Counted from the stretch's first letter, positions 10,713-20,218 are shown. The stretch is 64,000 bases of DNA from Bacteroidota bacterium (GCA_023251805.1 JAHEYB010000006.1:4123-68122); one strand, 5' to 3'. Notes: generated by a model from the sequence alone, not told the origin. Translations and numbers: made by a program.

Positions 10713-11800
10713 TGAGAGAAAAAAATTATATAGCTATTCTTGTTTTCACAACCATGCTTTTCATTTCTGCAAAAGCACAGGATAGCCATTTTTCACAGTA
10801 CGATCATTCCCCCTTGAATATCAATCCCGCTTTAACAGCAGTGGATAAAAATTTGCATGTTGTGTTACATCACAAAGACCAATGGAAATCGTTGAACGGA
10901 TACCGTACTGATGAACTTTCATTTGAAATGCGATTTGATCCTACCAGTTGGATAAAAATTAAAAATCGAACTGCTTTATACAAAAAGAAGAAGCAAAAAG
11001 GGTTTGCATTAGGAATAAGTTTACTTGGCGATAAAGCAGGTGACGGCAATATGCAAAAATTATGCGCAACATTTTCATTGGCTTATCACATGATGCTGGA
11101 TCCTAACAACAGGATTTCTGCCGGATTTTTAACCTCTGCAAAACAAAGAAGCATAAGCCCCAATAATCTTAGATATAATAGTCAGTATAACTATCTTGGA
11201 GCTTATGACCCTACTATGCAATCCGGAGAGATATACAAATCAAATAGTCTTTCCTACAGCGATTATTCTGCAGGTGTTTGTTATAGTTTTGGTGAAGAAA
11301 ATAAATATATGGAATCGAACGACAACAAATCATTTAAACTTGGAGTTGCATTCGACCATTTATCTCGCCCTGAGCAAGCTTACATTACTGATATTCATTC
11401 GAAAAGTTATATGAAGTATACCTTGCATGCACAAACCTTGCTTGGAATAAAAAATTCTTCTATCAGTGTGGGAGCCTCTGCCATTTCAATGATTCAGGGA
11501 CCGCAAAATGAAATTACAATGGGAATGCTTTTGAAATACAGAATGAAAGAAGAATCAAAATACACCGGCATTAAAAAAGGAATGGCTATTTCTCTTGGTT
11601 GTTCTTACCGATTCAGAGATGCATTAATTCCATACATGCAATTTGAACTAGCTCGATATGCTATTGGAATTAGTTATGATGTAAATCTTTCAGGATTACA
11701 AAAAGCAACAACAGGAAGAGGTGGTTTGGAAGTGACTTTACGATTCTTTAATCCTGTCCCTTTCTTATTCCAGAAGAAAGTGAAAGCTAGTTTTAGCTAA
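10712..11800 (+). CDS. PorP/SprF family type IX secretion system membrane protein
   Basis: AQDSHFSQY..PLNINPALT, DQW and IGISYDVNLSGL motifs. Its start overlaps the stop (TAATG) of the upstream type B CTD gene, the usual pairing. Confidence 0.9.
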   Translation: MREKNYIAILVFTTMLFISAKAQDSHFSQYDHSPLNINPALTAVDKNLHVVLHHKDQWKSLNGYRTDELSFEMRFDPTSWIKIKNRTALYKKKKQKGFALGISLLGDKAGDGNMQKLCATFSLAYHMMLDPNNRISAGFLTSAKQRSISPNNLRYNSQYNYLGAYDPTMQSGEIYKSNSLSYSDYSAGVCYSFGEENKYMESNDNKSFKLGVAFDHLSRPEQAYITDIHSKSYMKYTLHAQTLLGIKNSSISVGASAISMIQGPQNEITMGMLLKYRMKEESKYTGIKKGMAISLGCSYRFRDALIPYMQFELARYAIGISYDVNLSGLQKATTGRGGLEVTLRFFNPVPFLFQKKVKASFS

Positions 11801-11803
11801 TAA

Positions 11804-11836
11804 AAAAAGAGGCATGTAAACCACATGCCTCTTTTT
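11804..11836. terminator. Bidirectional Rho-independent terminator
   Basis: AAAAAGAGGCATGT-AAACC-ACATGCCTCTTTTT between convergent genes. Confidence 0.85.
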
Positions 11837-11854
11837 AATTTTACACTGCTAAAA

Positions 11855-14266
11855 TTACTTTTTTACAATTCGTTTGTTTATGGTTGACGTTTCAGACACC
11901 AATCGAATAAAATAAACTCCATTCGAATAGTCTGACATATCAAGAACAAACACTTTTTTATCAGAAGTAGTTTTAAAAATTTCTCTTCCTGTTACATCTG
12001 TTAAAATCAATTCGTAATTTTTATTATTGTTGCTTATTTCTATGTTTAATATATCACTCGTTGGATTTGGATACATCTTACCTAACATCTCAGTAGAAGT
12101 ATTTATTCCCGTTGCCGCGCAATTTTCAACAACAAGGTTTTGAGCAATCATAGATTGACAAGAATTGATATCGGTGTAGGTATACGTAATTGAAAAAGTT
12201 CCTATTCCAGAAGTAGCAGGATTAAAATTACCGGCACTCACTCCTGTTCCTGAATATGTTCCGCCTGTTGGCATTCCACCCGACAAAGCAAAAGAAGGGT
12301 CATTATCACAAACTGTATCAGTAGCTAAATTAAAAGACACAGCAGGAAGAGGGTTGGTAGTAACACTAACCATATCTGTATTGGTACAACTATTTGCAGC
12401 CGTTCCAGTAACAGTATAAACAGTAGTTCCAATAGGCGAAGCAAAAGCAACTCCATTAGTAACTCCACCGTTCCAAACATAACTTACTGCACCTGCACCA
12501 TTTAAAGTAGCCATGTTGCCAAAACAAACCGACTGATCTAAACCAGCATTCACGGTTGGAGAAGGAATAAAAGTGATAGTGATTTGTGCTGTTGTTACCG
12601 GACAAACACCTGTTCCCGTAGGAGTCAAAGTAAGAATAACACTTGATGCTGCTATATCCGCAGCAGAAGGTGCATAAGTAGTATTTAAATTCATAGGGTT
12701 TGCAAATGTTCCCGTTCCACTGGTTGTCCAGTTTCCTCCCGTTGCTCCCGTAACACTTCCAGAAACTACAACTGCCGGAACCGCTGAACAAACAGTTTGA
12801 TTTGTTCCTGCGTTTGCTGTAGATGCTGCTGTTACTGTAATGTTTAAATTGAAAGTCATTGGAGGACAACCATCACCATATGTTTTTATAACGGTAATTG
12901 TTCCATTTGTAGCAATATTGTTAATTGTCACCATTTGTGAAGTACTACTTCCGCTAATGATTCCTGTGGTTGTTGACCAGCTATAAGCAGAAGCAAATTC
13001 ATTATTGATAGAAAACTGAACACCGCTAGAGTTTGCACAAACAGAAGTAGGTCCCATGATAGTTGCCACTTCATTACAATAATGAAATTTAACATCATCA
13101 ATCAATAAAGTGCTATTGTTAACAGCTGTCATCCATCTTCCTGATTCAAATGAAATAAAAGCACTATCAGGTGTTGGTCCAGGTGTTGGTATATTCATTG
13201 ATTTAAATGTCCAAGTAGCAGATGGTAGCAGCGCCATCCAATTGCCAGTAACACCAATTCCTCCTGCTAATAAATTTACGTATGCCGAAGCTGTATCCAC
13301 TCCTGGAGTAGAATACTTATAATAAAAACCAAAACCTTTAGGAGTAGATGGAATACTCATTCCAGGTCGCATTAAACAAGGGCCACCACCTGGAGGGCAA
13401 TCCCATGAACCCATTTGAGCTCGACCTATTCTGCTGTCGGAGCCTGAAATAATATTTTTTAAGAGCAAAGAATAATTTCCTGCATAAGCATCCATGGATT
13501 TAGCAAAAGTAATTTTCTCGGGCACATCAACTTCTACAGTCCAGTCCAAAGGAATTTCAACAGCAGGAATATCTTGCCATACATCTAAATTTCCACCAAG
13601 AAAAACATCGGTGGTTCCTGTCCAAGCAAAATTATCTACTTCCAAAAAATCTCCCGGAGTACCTAAATTTGTCATTATTTGATCTGAGCAAGTAACAAAT
13701 ATGATACAAGAATCTGGGTTCATAGTAAGAGCAGGAGAAAATGTATAGTTCATCAAAGTAAATGTACTCTGACTACCACTAATAGGATAAATATATGCAC
13801 CAGGATAAATTCCGTTTCCGGCTCCTGAAGCAACCCCTGCAGTAGTTGGCAAAAAAGCAATAAAACCTGCAGTGGATGCATTCACATTGTAGCGAACATT
13901 CACATTACAGCCTGTTAATGGTTGAACAGCAGGAAGTGGAACACCGTCTGACATTGCCCCACCATTCACATTTCCCCATGAGCAATAGCCATTCAAAGTA
14001 TCTCCAAATGGAGAAAGAATATTTTCAACACGTACTGCACTTCCAGAAACACCGGGAACTTCTGTGGCATTCAGAAGCCCATATTGATAAAATGTTTCAA
14101 AATTAGAACTTGAAAACAATGGAGTAGGCAAAACAACTGGATGCTGAAAAGTAGGGGCTATTGTCCAATTTTCAAAACTATTGTTTGGTACCACTTGTGC
14201 TTTGATGCTATTTACGCTTGTAAGAATAGATACAGCCATAAATGCATTGAGTAGATTTTTTTTCAT
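11855..14266 (-). CDS. T9SS type A CTD protein with two N-terminal PCMD/carbohydrate-binding-like domains and Ig-like repeats
   Basis: Signal peptide, VPNNSFENWT start, a duplicated domain ending PDS..I...S...LxxDxxF, and C-terminal MYPNPTSDILNI..NGVYFIRL..KRIVKK. Confidence 0.8.
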   Translation of the reverse strand: MKKNLLNAFMAVSILTSVNSIKAQVVPNNSFENWTIAPTFQHPVVLPTPLFSSSNFETFYQYGLLNATEVPGVSGSAVRVENILSPFGDTLNGYCSWGNVNGGAMSDGVPLPAVQPLTGCNVNVRYNVNASTAGFIAFLPTTAGVASGAGNGIYPGAYIYPISGSQSTFTLMNYTFSPALTMNPDSCIIFVTCSDQIMTNLGTPGDFLEVDNFAWTGTTDVFLGGNLDVWQDIPAVEIPLDWTVEVDVPEKITFAKSMDAYAGNYSLLLKNIISGSDSRIGRAQMGSWDCPPGGGPCLMRPGMSIPSTPKGFGFYYKYSTPGVDTASAYVNLLAGGIGVTGNWMALLPSATWTFKSMNIPTPGPTPDSAFISFESGRWMTAVNNSTLLIDDVKFHYCNEVATIMGPTSVCANSSGVQFSINNEFASAYSWSTTTGIISGSSTSQMVTINNIATNGTITVIKTYGDGCPPMTFNLNITVTAASTANAGTNQTVCSAVPAVVVSGSVTGATGGNWTTSGTGTFANPMNLNTTYAPSAADIAASSVILTLTPTGTGVCPVTTAQITITFIPSPTVNAGLDQSVCFGNMATLNGAGAVSYVWNGGVTNGVAFASPIGTTVYTVTGTAANSCTNTDMVSVTTNPLPAVSFNLATDTVCDNDPSFALSGGMPTGGTYSGTGVSAGNFNPATSGIGTFSITYTYTDINSCQSMIAQNLVVENCAATGINTSTEMLGKMYPNPTSDILNIEISNNNKNYELILTDVTGREIFKTTSDKKVFVLDMSDYSNGVYFIRLVSETSTINKRIVKK

Positions 14267-14378
14267 AATGGAGTCATTTTAGTTTGTACCAAATTTATAA
14301 AAATTTGAAAAATAAACAACAAAAAAATTATTTATTTAGATATAAAAAACACAATTCACTATTTAAGTGTAAGGTTTT

Positions 14379-15095
14379 TTAACTGATTGGCAATAAATCG
14401 CAAAACCAAAACCCTTTGGTAGATGTGGCATTGATGTTACAATCCGTTTTTTTTATTTCTAGTGGCTTGTAAACTTTTTCTCCGAGAGTAAATTTGATGC
14501 GATTTTTAAAAATAGGACCGTCAAAACAAAAAGTATGATATTCGCCATTCTCTCCGCAAGGATCTACATCCTTTGGCAATGCCTGCAAGAACGCTGCATC
14601 TATCTCCACTCCTACATTTTCTTCTTTTAAGGATGCGTCATTTACACAGCACGTGATTGTTTTAAATTCCAAATCAATAAATTCATTTATTAACTTCTTT
14701 GTGTCTTTTTTCCACAAAGGAAATTCAGCTTTTAATCCAACCTTAGCCAAATTATTTTCTCTATACAATCTTAAATCTTCTAAAAATATGTCTCCGAAAA
14801 TAACTTTTGTTACACCTAGCAATTTGTATTTCAAAAGCAATACTTCCATTTCTTTTTCGTACTCTTTATTAGTGCCCTCTGATACATACATTTTGATTAA
14901 AGGTAAACCAATGGACTTGGCTTGTTCTTCCAACAGTTCTTCCCGAACACCATGCATAGATATTCTTTTAAATTGTGCGTTGATAGTGGTTAGTAATGCA
15001 ACAATTTCATATTTATCTTCTAAACCAATAGTATACAATGCTAGAGCGGAGTCTTTCCCTCCGCTCCAACAAAATATGCATTTCTCTTTTTTCAT
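14379..15095 (-). CDS. Dph6/DUF71-family ATP pyrophosphatase (diphthine-ammonia ligase-like)
   Basis: PP-loop WSGGKDS, FGDIFLEDL and DPCGENGEYHTF. Its start overlaps the stop of the upstream btuG-like gene. Confidence 0.9.
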   Translation of the reverse strand: MKKEKCIFCWSGGKDSALALYTIGLEDKYEIVALLTTINAQFKRISMHGVREELLEEQAKSIGLPLIKMYVSEGTNKEYEKEMEVLLLKYKLLGVTKVIFGDIFLEDLRLYRENNLAKVGLKAEFPLWKKDTKKLINEFIDLEFKTITCCVNDASLKEENVGVEIDAAFLQALPKDVDPCGENGEYHTFCFDGPIFKNRIKFTLGEKVYKPLEIKKTDCNINATSTKGFWFCDLLPIS

Positions 15096-16180
15096 TATCT
15101 GAAAAAGAAATTACCTGGAATAACCCCAACAGCAAAACTGTCAACCAGTGTGGCAGAAGCATTGTATCGAATAACTTTTCCATTACTAACAAAATCTACC
15201 GCATCCGAGCCATAGAAATAATCATTGGTTGGATCTATTCCAAAACCATAAAAACTTCTATTAATAAGTGCTGTTCCACTTAATATTGACGATGACGTTG
15301 AATGTGAATACACCGCACTGCTATATGAATAATACAACATCGTTTTTGCATTGTTGATTACCAAATTTGATGGTTGCGAAAAAGTAGATGCAAATGGTAA
15401 TGATAAATCTACCGCATTAGTGGCGGTATCAATACGAACCAATTTACCTGGCTTTTGTAAAAACGTGTAGGTTGCATCCCATTCTCCCGAACACAATACC
15501 CATACTTTCCCTCCGGCATCCATTTTAATACTTCTAGGATTTGCTCCAACATTAATAGTTGTACTCACCGAATTGGTTACTGAATTAATAACCGTTACAA
15601 CGCTATCATTTGTAAATCCACCACTGCATGCAACATACACTTTGCTTCCAGCCAATACCATTCCTTCTGCTCCATTGCCTGTTGTAATTGTTCCTGTAAT
15701 TGTTTTTGTAGTTAAATCAATAATTTTAACTGCTCCCGCCATTCCTCCTGAGCCCCACTCAGAAACATATCCCTTTGAAGAATTAATTCCCAAGAAATAT
15801 CTAGGGTAAGTAAAACCTGTAATTGCTCCGCTACTTGCAAAAGAAGTACCATCAGCTATTTCAACTTTACCGGCATTGTTTACTACAATGTATGCCTTGC
15901 TGTTAAATATTTCCATCGACTGAACAATGTTTCCTAATGGATAACCATTTTTTGCTTCAAAAATATCGTTGGATACTCCACCCGTACTTCTGTTATAAAA
16001 ATTAATGGTTCCTGTTCCACTTCCAAACGGACCTTCATTTGTAATAAATACTCCTGAAGCATAGGAAGTTCCTCCTGCCCCGCCTCCCGTTGCCGGCTCG
16101 GGATCGTCTTTTTTGCAACTTGAAATAGTAATAGCAGTTGCTAATACACTAAGATAAAATAATTGTTTTGTTTTAATCAT
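15095..16180 (-). CDS. BtuG-like (YncE/DUF5074) beta-propeller surface lipoprotein, cobalamin capture
   Basis: Lipobox ISSC followed by KKDD, VFITNEGPF, LGNIVQSM, AYIVVNN, PRY and FYGFGIDP. Lies downstream of a TBDR and a cobalamin riboswitch. I chose the start at MIKTKQ (16180) rather than 16225. Confidence 0.8.
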   Translation of the reverse strand: MIKTKQLFYLSVLATAITISSCKKDDPEPATGGGAGGTSYASGVFITNEGPFGSGTGTINFYNRSTGGVSNDIFEAKNGYPLGNIVQSMEIFNSKAYIVVNNAGKVEIADGTSFASSGAITGFTYPRYFLGINSSKGYVSEWGSGGMAGAVKIIDLTTKTITGTITTGNGAEGMVLAGSKVYVACSGGFTNDSVVTVINSVTNSVSTTINVGANPRSIKMDAGGKVWVLCSGEWDATYTFLQKPGKLVRIDTATNAVDLSLPFASTFSQPSNLVINNAKTMLYYSYSSAVYSHSTSSSILSGTALINRSFYGFGIDPTNDYFYGSDAVDFVSNGKVIRYNASATLVDSFAVGVIPGNFFFR

Positions 16181-16272
16181 GGCTTTGTTTTTAAAATTTA
16201 AATAGTTGTACATTTTTGTCTTCATTTTTTTTATTCACTCAAGTTTTACAAATTGAAATTGATTTTTAATTA

Positions 16273-18198
16273 TTATTTTGGATTTGGTTGGTTAAATACT
16301 AAAGATAAACCCACTTGATAGTTAAATAAGGGCATTGCTCTGTATGCCAGAACTTGATACGTTTCTTGCCACACATTGTTGAGCTGAGCAAATATTTTTA
16401 GTTTAGAAGTTGACAAAGAAAATGTTTGTGACACTGAAATGTTGGCTAGCGAATAGGGCTTTAAATAGTTGGAATTATCTGAAAGTGTGTAACGATAGCC
16501 TGTATATAGCTGCGTATAATTCAAAGAAGTTCCTTTATAAATAATACTGGCGCTTCCTTGTGCGTTTTGTATAGGAACATAAATTAATTGCTTTCCTACT
16601 GATACATCATTTGCTGTTGCTGCTTTTTCGTTGGTGGATAATACATAGTTGTACAAACCCGATAGTTGAAACTTAAACTTATTTTTTTCTAAAATAAATT
16701 TCACTTTATACTCCACACCACGCGACCAAACTTTTAGAACATTTTCGGGCGACCAAATTCCGTATTCATCGGGCAACCAAATAATCCAATTATTTATATC
16801 GCGATTAAATGCTGTTGCTCCTAATTCCCAAAAAATATTTTTTTTTGAATAGCTATGTTCTAAGCTTGCCTCTTCACTCCATCCTTCTTCTGCTTTCAAA
16901 TTAGGATTACCGCCTTGTGCCCAATATAAATCGTTGAATGTTGGTAAACGATAATGTTTTGCGGCACTAAGTTTAATCGAAAAATATTTTAGAAATTTTC
17001 CTCTTATTCCAATGGAAGGCGAAAAAGGAATAGCTTTATTTTCCACAAATTCCTCACGAGCGCTAACAACTGCAGTCCAAGAATCATTGTAAGTTTGAAT
17101 TTTATAACTCGCAAAAATGGAGGTTCTGTTTTGATGCGGATTCTGAATATAATCTTCCGTAATTGCCTCACTGTAGGTATTATTCAAGCCTATATTGACT
17201 ATATCAAATTTTGTAATACTGAAGTTGTTCTCCGCCTCAGTAATAAAAACTTTTGTCCGGCTTTTTGAATCAATATCAATAGAAGAATCTGCAAAAAAAA
17301 GATATTCATCAAAATATGCAGCTCTAACAATTGATTTTATTTTTGCTCCTGTTCGCTGCCACTCTGATGTTAGTCTATACAATTCATCTTTCTGATTTGA
17401 AACATTTATATTTTGAGTCATAGAAGGCGGAATGTTTCTATCATTGAATTGATACCAAAAACGAGTATTTATTTTTTGACGAGAGTTTAGTTGAAAATAA
17501 TTTTCCTGCATCAAACCATACTCCTGCAATTCAGCATTGGTTTGCCTTTGCAATGGTTTACCATATTGAGCACTATTGACAAAAGGGAAATCATTTTTAG
17601 CATCGTGGTTAAACAGTTTAACAGAAGAAATAAAACGTTTTTTGCTTATTTCTATTTGTGCTTGCTGCTGTTTATCAGAAAAACTTCCAAAAGTTGTATT
17701 CGTTGCAAAAGAAATTCCTCGATTATAGATTCCAATATTATTTAAATGAATACTTCCACCAACAGCTCCCGAGCCCCACATTGCACCACCTCCACCATAT
17801 TGCACTTTTGCCTCATTCATAAAATTTGCTGGAATTAATGATAAATCAATTAAACCATTCATCGGACTTTGTAAATTAAAGCCATTCCATAAAACCGCTG
17901 TGTGGCTTGCTCCTGCGCCTCTGAAAGAAGTAGTTGCCAAACTTCCCAAACCATAGGATTTTATAAAAATTTGGCTTTCATTTACAAGAACATCCGCTAG
18001 ATTATTTGTTGAGTAGCGATTTAATAAAGTACTGTCGAATGTTTCGGTTTTAGAAGAATTAGAGAAAAGTATATATTTTGAATCCGACACCTCCACCACA
18101 TTTAGTTGGGTAGATGAATCGATAGGGATTTGCTGAGCATAACCGGTTAAGGAAAGCAGAGCAAATGATAACATACAATTAATCTTAAATAAATTCAT
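16273..18198 (-). CDS. btuB: TonB-dependent receptor, BtuB-like cobalamin transporter
   Basis: Plug motifs IFIKSYGLGSLATTSFRG..HTAVLWNG and GSGAVGG, plus YRLPTFNDLYW..GGNPNLKAE. Directly downstream of a cobalamin riboswitch. Start uncertain (18198 or 18237). Confidence 0.8.
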   Translation of the reverse strand: MNLFKINCMLSFALLSLTGYAQQIPIDSSTQLNVVEVSDSKYILFSNSSKTETFDSTLLNRYSTNNLADVLVNESQIFIKSYGLGSLATTSFRGAGASHTAVLWNGFNLQSPMNGLIDLSLIPANFMNEAKVQYGGGGAMWGSGAVGGSIHLNNIGIYNRGISFATNTTFGSFSDKQQQAQIEISKKRFISSVKLFNHDAKNDFPFVNSAQYGKPLQRQTNAELQEYGLMQENYFQLNSRQKINTRFWYQFNDRNIPPSMTQNINVSNQKDELYRLTSEWQRTGAKIKSIVRAAYFDEYLFFADSSIDIDSKSRTKVFITEAENNFSITKFDIVNIGLNNTYSEAITEDYIQNPHQNRTSIFASYKIQTYNDSWTAVVSAREEFVENKAIPFSPSIGIRGKFLKYFSIKLSAAKHYRLPTFNDLYWAQGGNPNLKAEEGWSEEASLEHSYSKKNIFWELGATAFNRDINNWIIWLPDEYGIWSPENVLKVWSRGVEYKVKFILEKNKFKFQLSGLYNYVLSTNEKAATANDVSVGKQLIYVPIQNAQGSASIIYKGTSLNYTQLYTGYRYTLSDNSNYLKPYSLANISVSQTFSLSTSKLKIFAQLNNVWQETYQVLAYRAMPLFNYQVGLSLVFNQPNPK

Positions 18199-18321
18199 TA
18201 CAAACGATTTAGCGATAAGCTCAATCATAAGCAACAAACGGTAAAATTGTAAGGATAGAAAAATGAAAAATTATTCGTCTACTCTTCGCCTTTTCTCCGA
18301 AAGCTACAAATGTTATTTACT

Positions 18322-18490
18322 TTTTGGCAGGTCTCCTGACTCACTCTAGTGCACCTTCCCATCGGCCTTAGGCAGATAGTGGTTTGTAGAACACATTTTC
18401 CTTTCGAAAAGAGCTTACAGTTGCGGGAACAGTTCTTGATTTCAACAAGATTCCCTTTTAATCCAGACAGTATCTTCTGGAACCAATAGT
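18322..18490 (-). ncRNA. Cobalamin riboswitch
   Basis: The minus strand reads GGTTTCC..AAAAGGGAATCTTGTTGAAATCAAGAACTGTTCCCGCAACTGT..CCACT..GGGAAGG..GAGTCAGGAGACCTGCC (B12 box), followed by AGCTTTCGGAGAAAAGGC, upstream of btuB. Confidence 0.95.
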
Positions 18491-18494
18491 GATG

Positions 18495-18540
18495 CAAATG
18501 TAAAAATTTATTTTAAATACAATCATTAAAATTACATTTG
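18495..18540. promoter_or_regulatory. Divergent Bacteroidota housekeeping -7 boxes
   Basis: TACATTTG on the minus strand (18495-18502, just 5' of the riboswitch) and TACATTTG on the plus strand (18533-18540). Confidence 0.65.
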
Positions 18541-18544
18541 TGCA

Positions 18545-18685
18545 ATTAATACCGATACGGAATCTGTAATAGTCCAATCCGAAAAAAATCGGATGGCCTA
18601 TAACAGCTTATCTATAGGCATTTACAATACTTGGTAAGAAATAGCCTTTGGACTATTTCTTACCAAGTATTGATATAACAAATAA
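18545..18685 (+). promoter_or_regulatory. Structured 5' leader with a perfect 20-bp hairpin and an alternative pairing
   Basis: Stem 18625-18644/18653-18672, smaller stems ATCCGA/TCGGAT and GCCTATA/TATAGGC, and AATAGTCCAA (18568-18577) complementary to TTGGACTATT (18648-18657). Confidence 0.5.
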
Positions 18686-19219
18686 ATGGAACAACATAAA
18701 TTCATATACATAGCGTATAACAAACCGGCAGGAATTGTTTGTACCACCGAAAAAATTGAAGGGAATATTATTCAAGCGGTTGGACACAAAGAAAATATTC
18801 TTCCTGTTGGCCGCTTGGACAAAGATTCGGAAGGCTTAATATTATTGACAAATAATGGAGCTATTATTAATAAAATTATTCATCCCGACTTTGAGCACGA
18901 AAAAGAATACGTGGTAACATTAAATCTTCCTTTGCGAAATCAGTTTTTAAAACAAATGGCGGAAGGAATAAAATTGGATGATATAAAAACAAAACCGTGT
19001 AAAATAAAAGCAGAAGCAAATACAAAACGCGTATTTCGTATTATTCTCAAACAGGGCTTAAACAGGCAGATTCGCAGAATGTGTGCTGCTTGTGACTATC
19101 AAGTAATAAAATTACAGAGAGTACGAATTATGAATATAAAATTGGATAAATTAAAGTTGGGTGAATGGAGAGATTTAACGGAAGATGAAGTGGCGGAATT
19201 ATTTTTACAATTAGGATAA
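18686..19219 (+). CDS. Pseudouridine synthase, RsuA/RluF-type, lacking the N-terminal S4 domain
   Basis: YNKPAGIVCTT, GRLDKDSEGLILLTN, HEKEYVV and QGLNRQIRRM motifs. Only 177 aa. Confidence 0.85.
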   Translation: MEQHKFIYIAYNKPAGIVCTTEKIEGNIIQAVGHKENILPVGRLDKDSEGLILLTNNGAIINKIIHPDFEHEKEYVVTLNLPLRNQFLKQMAEGIKLDDIKTKPCKIKAEANTKRVFRIILKQGLNRQIRRMCAACDYQVIKLQRVRIMNIKLDKLKLGEWRDLTEDEVAELFLQLG

Positions 19220-19234
19220 TTCCTAAACAAACAT

Positions 19235-19270
19235 AAAAAAAAGACCTCGATTGCTCGAGGTCTTTTTTTT
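19235..19270. terminator. Bidirectional Rho-independent terminator
   Basis: A-tract + GACCTCGA-TTGC-TCGAGGTC + T-tract between convergent genes. Confidence 0.9.
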
Positions 19271-19288
19271 ATATAAATTTTCTACTTA

Positions 19289-20218
19289 CTAGAAGTGGAA
19301 AGTTACTTTTAATGAACCAGTTCCTGTGTTAGAACCTCTTAAACCAAAAATAGTACCTTGGTTTAAATCAGTATCAAAACCGAATTTAGAAGAACCAGAA
19401 GTTACTGTTTCAACTTCACCAGTTGTTGGACCAGTACCACCAGTAGTTTCAACTACTGATTTTCCTTTACCAGACATTTGGTAACCAATTCCCCAACCAT
19501 ACTCAGCACCTACTGCGATTTTTGGGAAAATGAAATACTCAGCACCAATGAATCCACGAACTCCTAAACCGAAAGTCATACCTGACTTAGAAGACAATGA
19601 ACGTGATGCAGCAGGACCTACAGAAGAAACAGCACCAGTTGATGTGTTCCAAGTTGTAGATGTTGGAGTTGCAGTTTGTCCAGCAGCTGTTGGATTTCCT
19701 GTCATTGTGTTACCATACTCCATTTTCATAGATGAGCTAGAAATCCAAATCATCGCATCAGCACCATAGTACCCTTGCAAACGAGTTTTTCCTCTTCTCA
19801 TTTCTTTACCAACACCAATAGCGATGTTTGTATTTTTCATTTTAAATTTATCTTCAACCATTCCTGTTGTAGCAGGGAATACTGGCACAGTAACATCTGC
19901 GTCATCAGTAACCATGTTTTTGTAAGTTTGGTTAGTGAAACCCAAACGTACCAACACTCTGTAAGCATTTTTTTCATCGATGAATTTTTTTCCGATGATA
20001 GTTTGGTTGTTGTTCAACCATCCTGTTGCTGGAGCACTGTTTGAAGTATTACCATTAAATGCATTTCCTACAAATTGAAAGATAGGATCTGCATCCATAG
20101 AGATAGCCCAATCTTCAGCCTCAGGCAAAATTGGCTCACCTTTTTTAGACGTTAAGTCTTGCGCGAAAGCACTTGTTACGCCAAATGCTAAAGCAATCAT
20201 TAGTACTGATTTTTTCAT
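19289..20218 (-). CDS. Outer-membrane beta-barrel protein
   Basis: Signal peptide (SAFA-Q), alternating amphipathic strands (GFIGAEYFIFPKIAVGAEYGWG) and a C-terminal Phe (VTFHF). Confidence 0.75.
   Translation of the reverse strand: MKKSVLMIALAFGVTSAFAQDLTSKKGEPILPEAEDWAISMDADPIFQFVGNAFNGNTSNSAPATGWLNNNQTIIGKKFIDEKNAYRVLVRLGFTNQTYKNMVTDDADVTVPVFPATTGMVEDKFKMKNTNIAIGVGKEMRRGKTRLQGYYGADAMIWISSSSMKMEYGNTMTGNPTAAGQTATPTSTTWNTSTGAVSSVGPAASRSLSSKSGMTFGLGVRGFIGAEYFIFPKIAVGAEYGWGIGYQMSGKGKSVVETTGGTGPTTGEVETVTSGSSKFGFDTDLNQGTIFGLRGSNTGTGSLKVTFHF

Noticed and set aside
18279-18497. 72-aa minus-strand ORF
   Set aside because: It coincides with the cobalamin riboswitch, which explains the sequence.
18596-18619. 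GCCTATAAC...CTATAGGC as an integron attC site
   Set aside because: The right end lacks the GTT core, the element is too short, and there is no integrase or cassette array.
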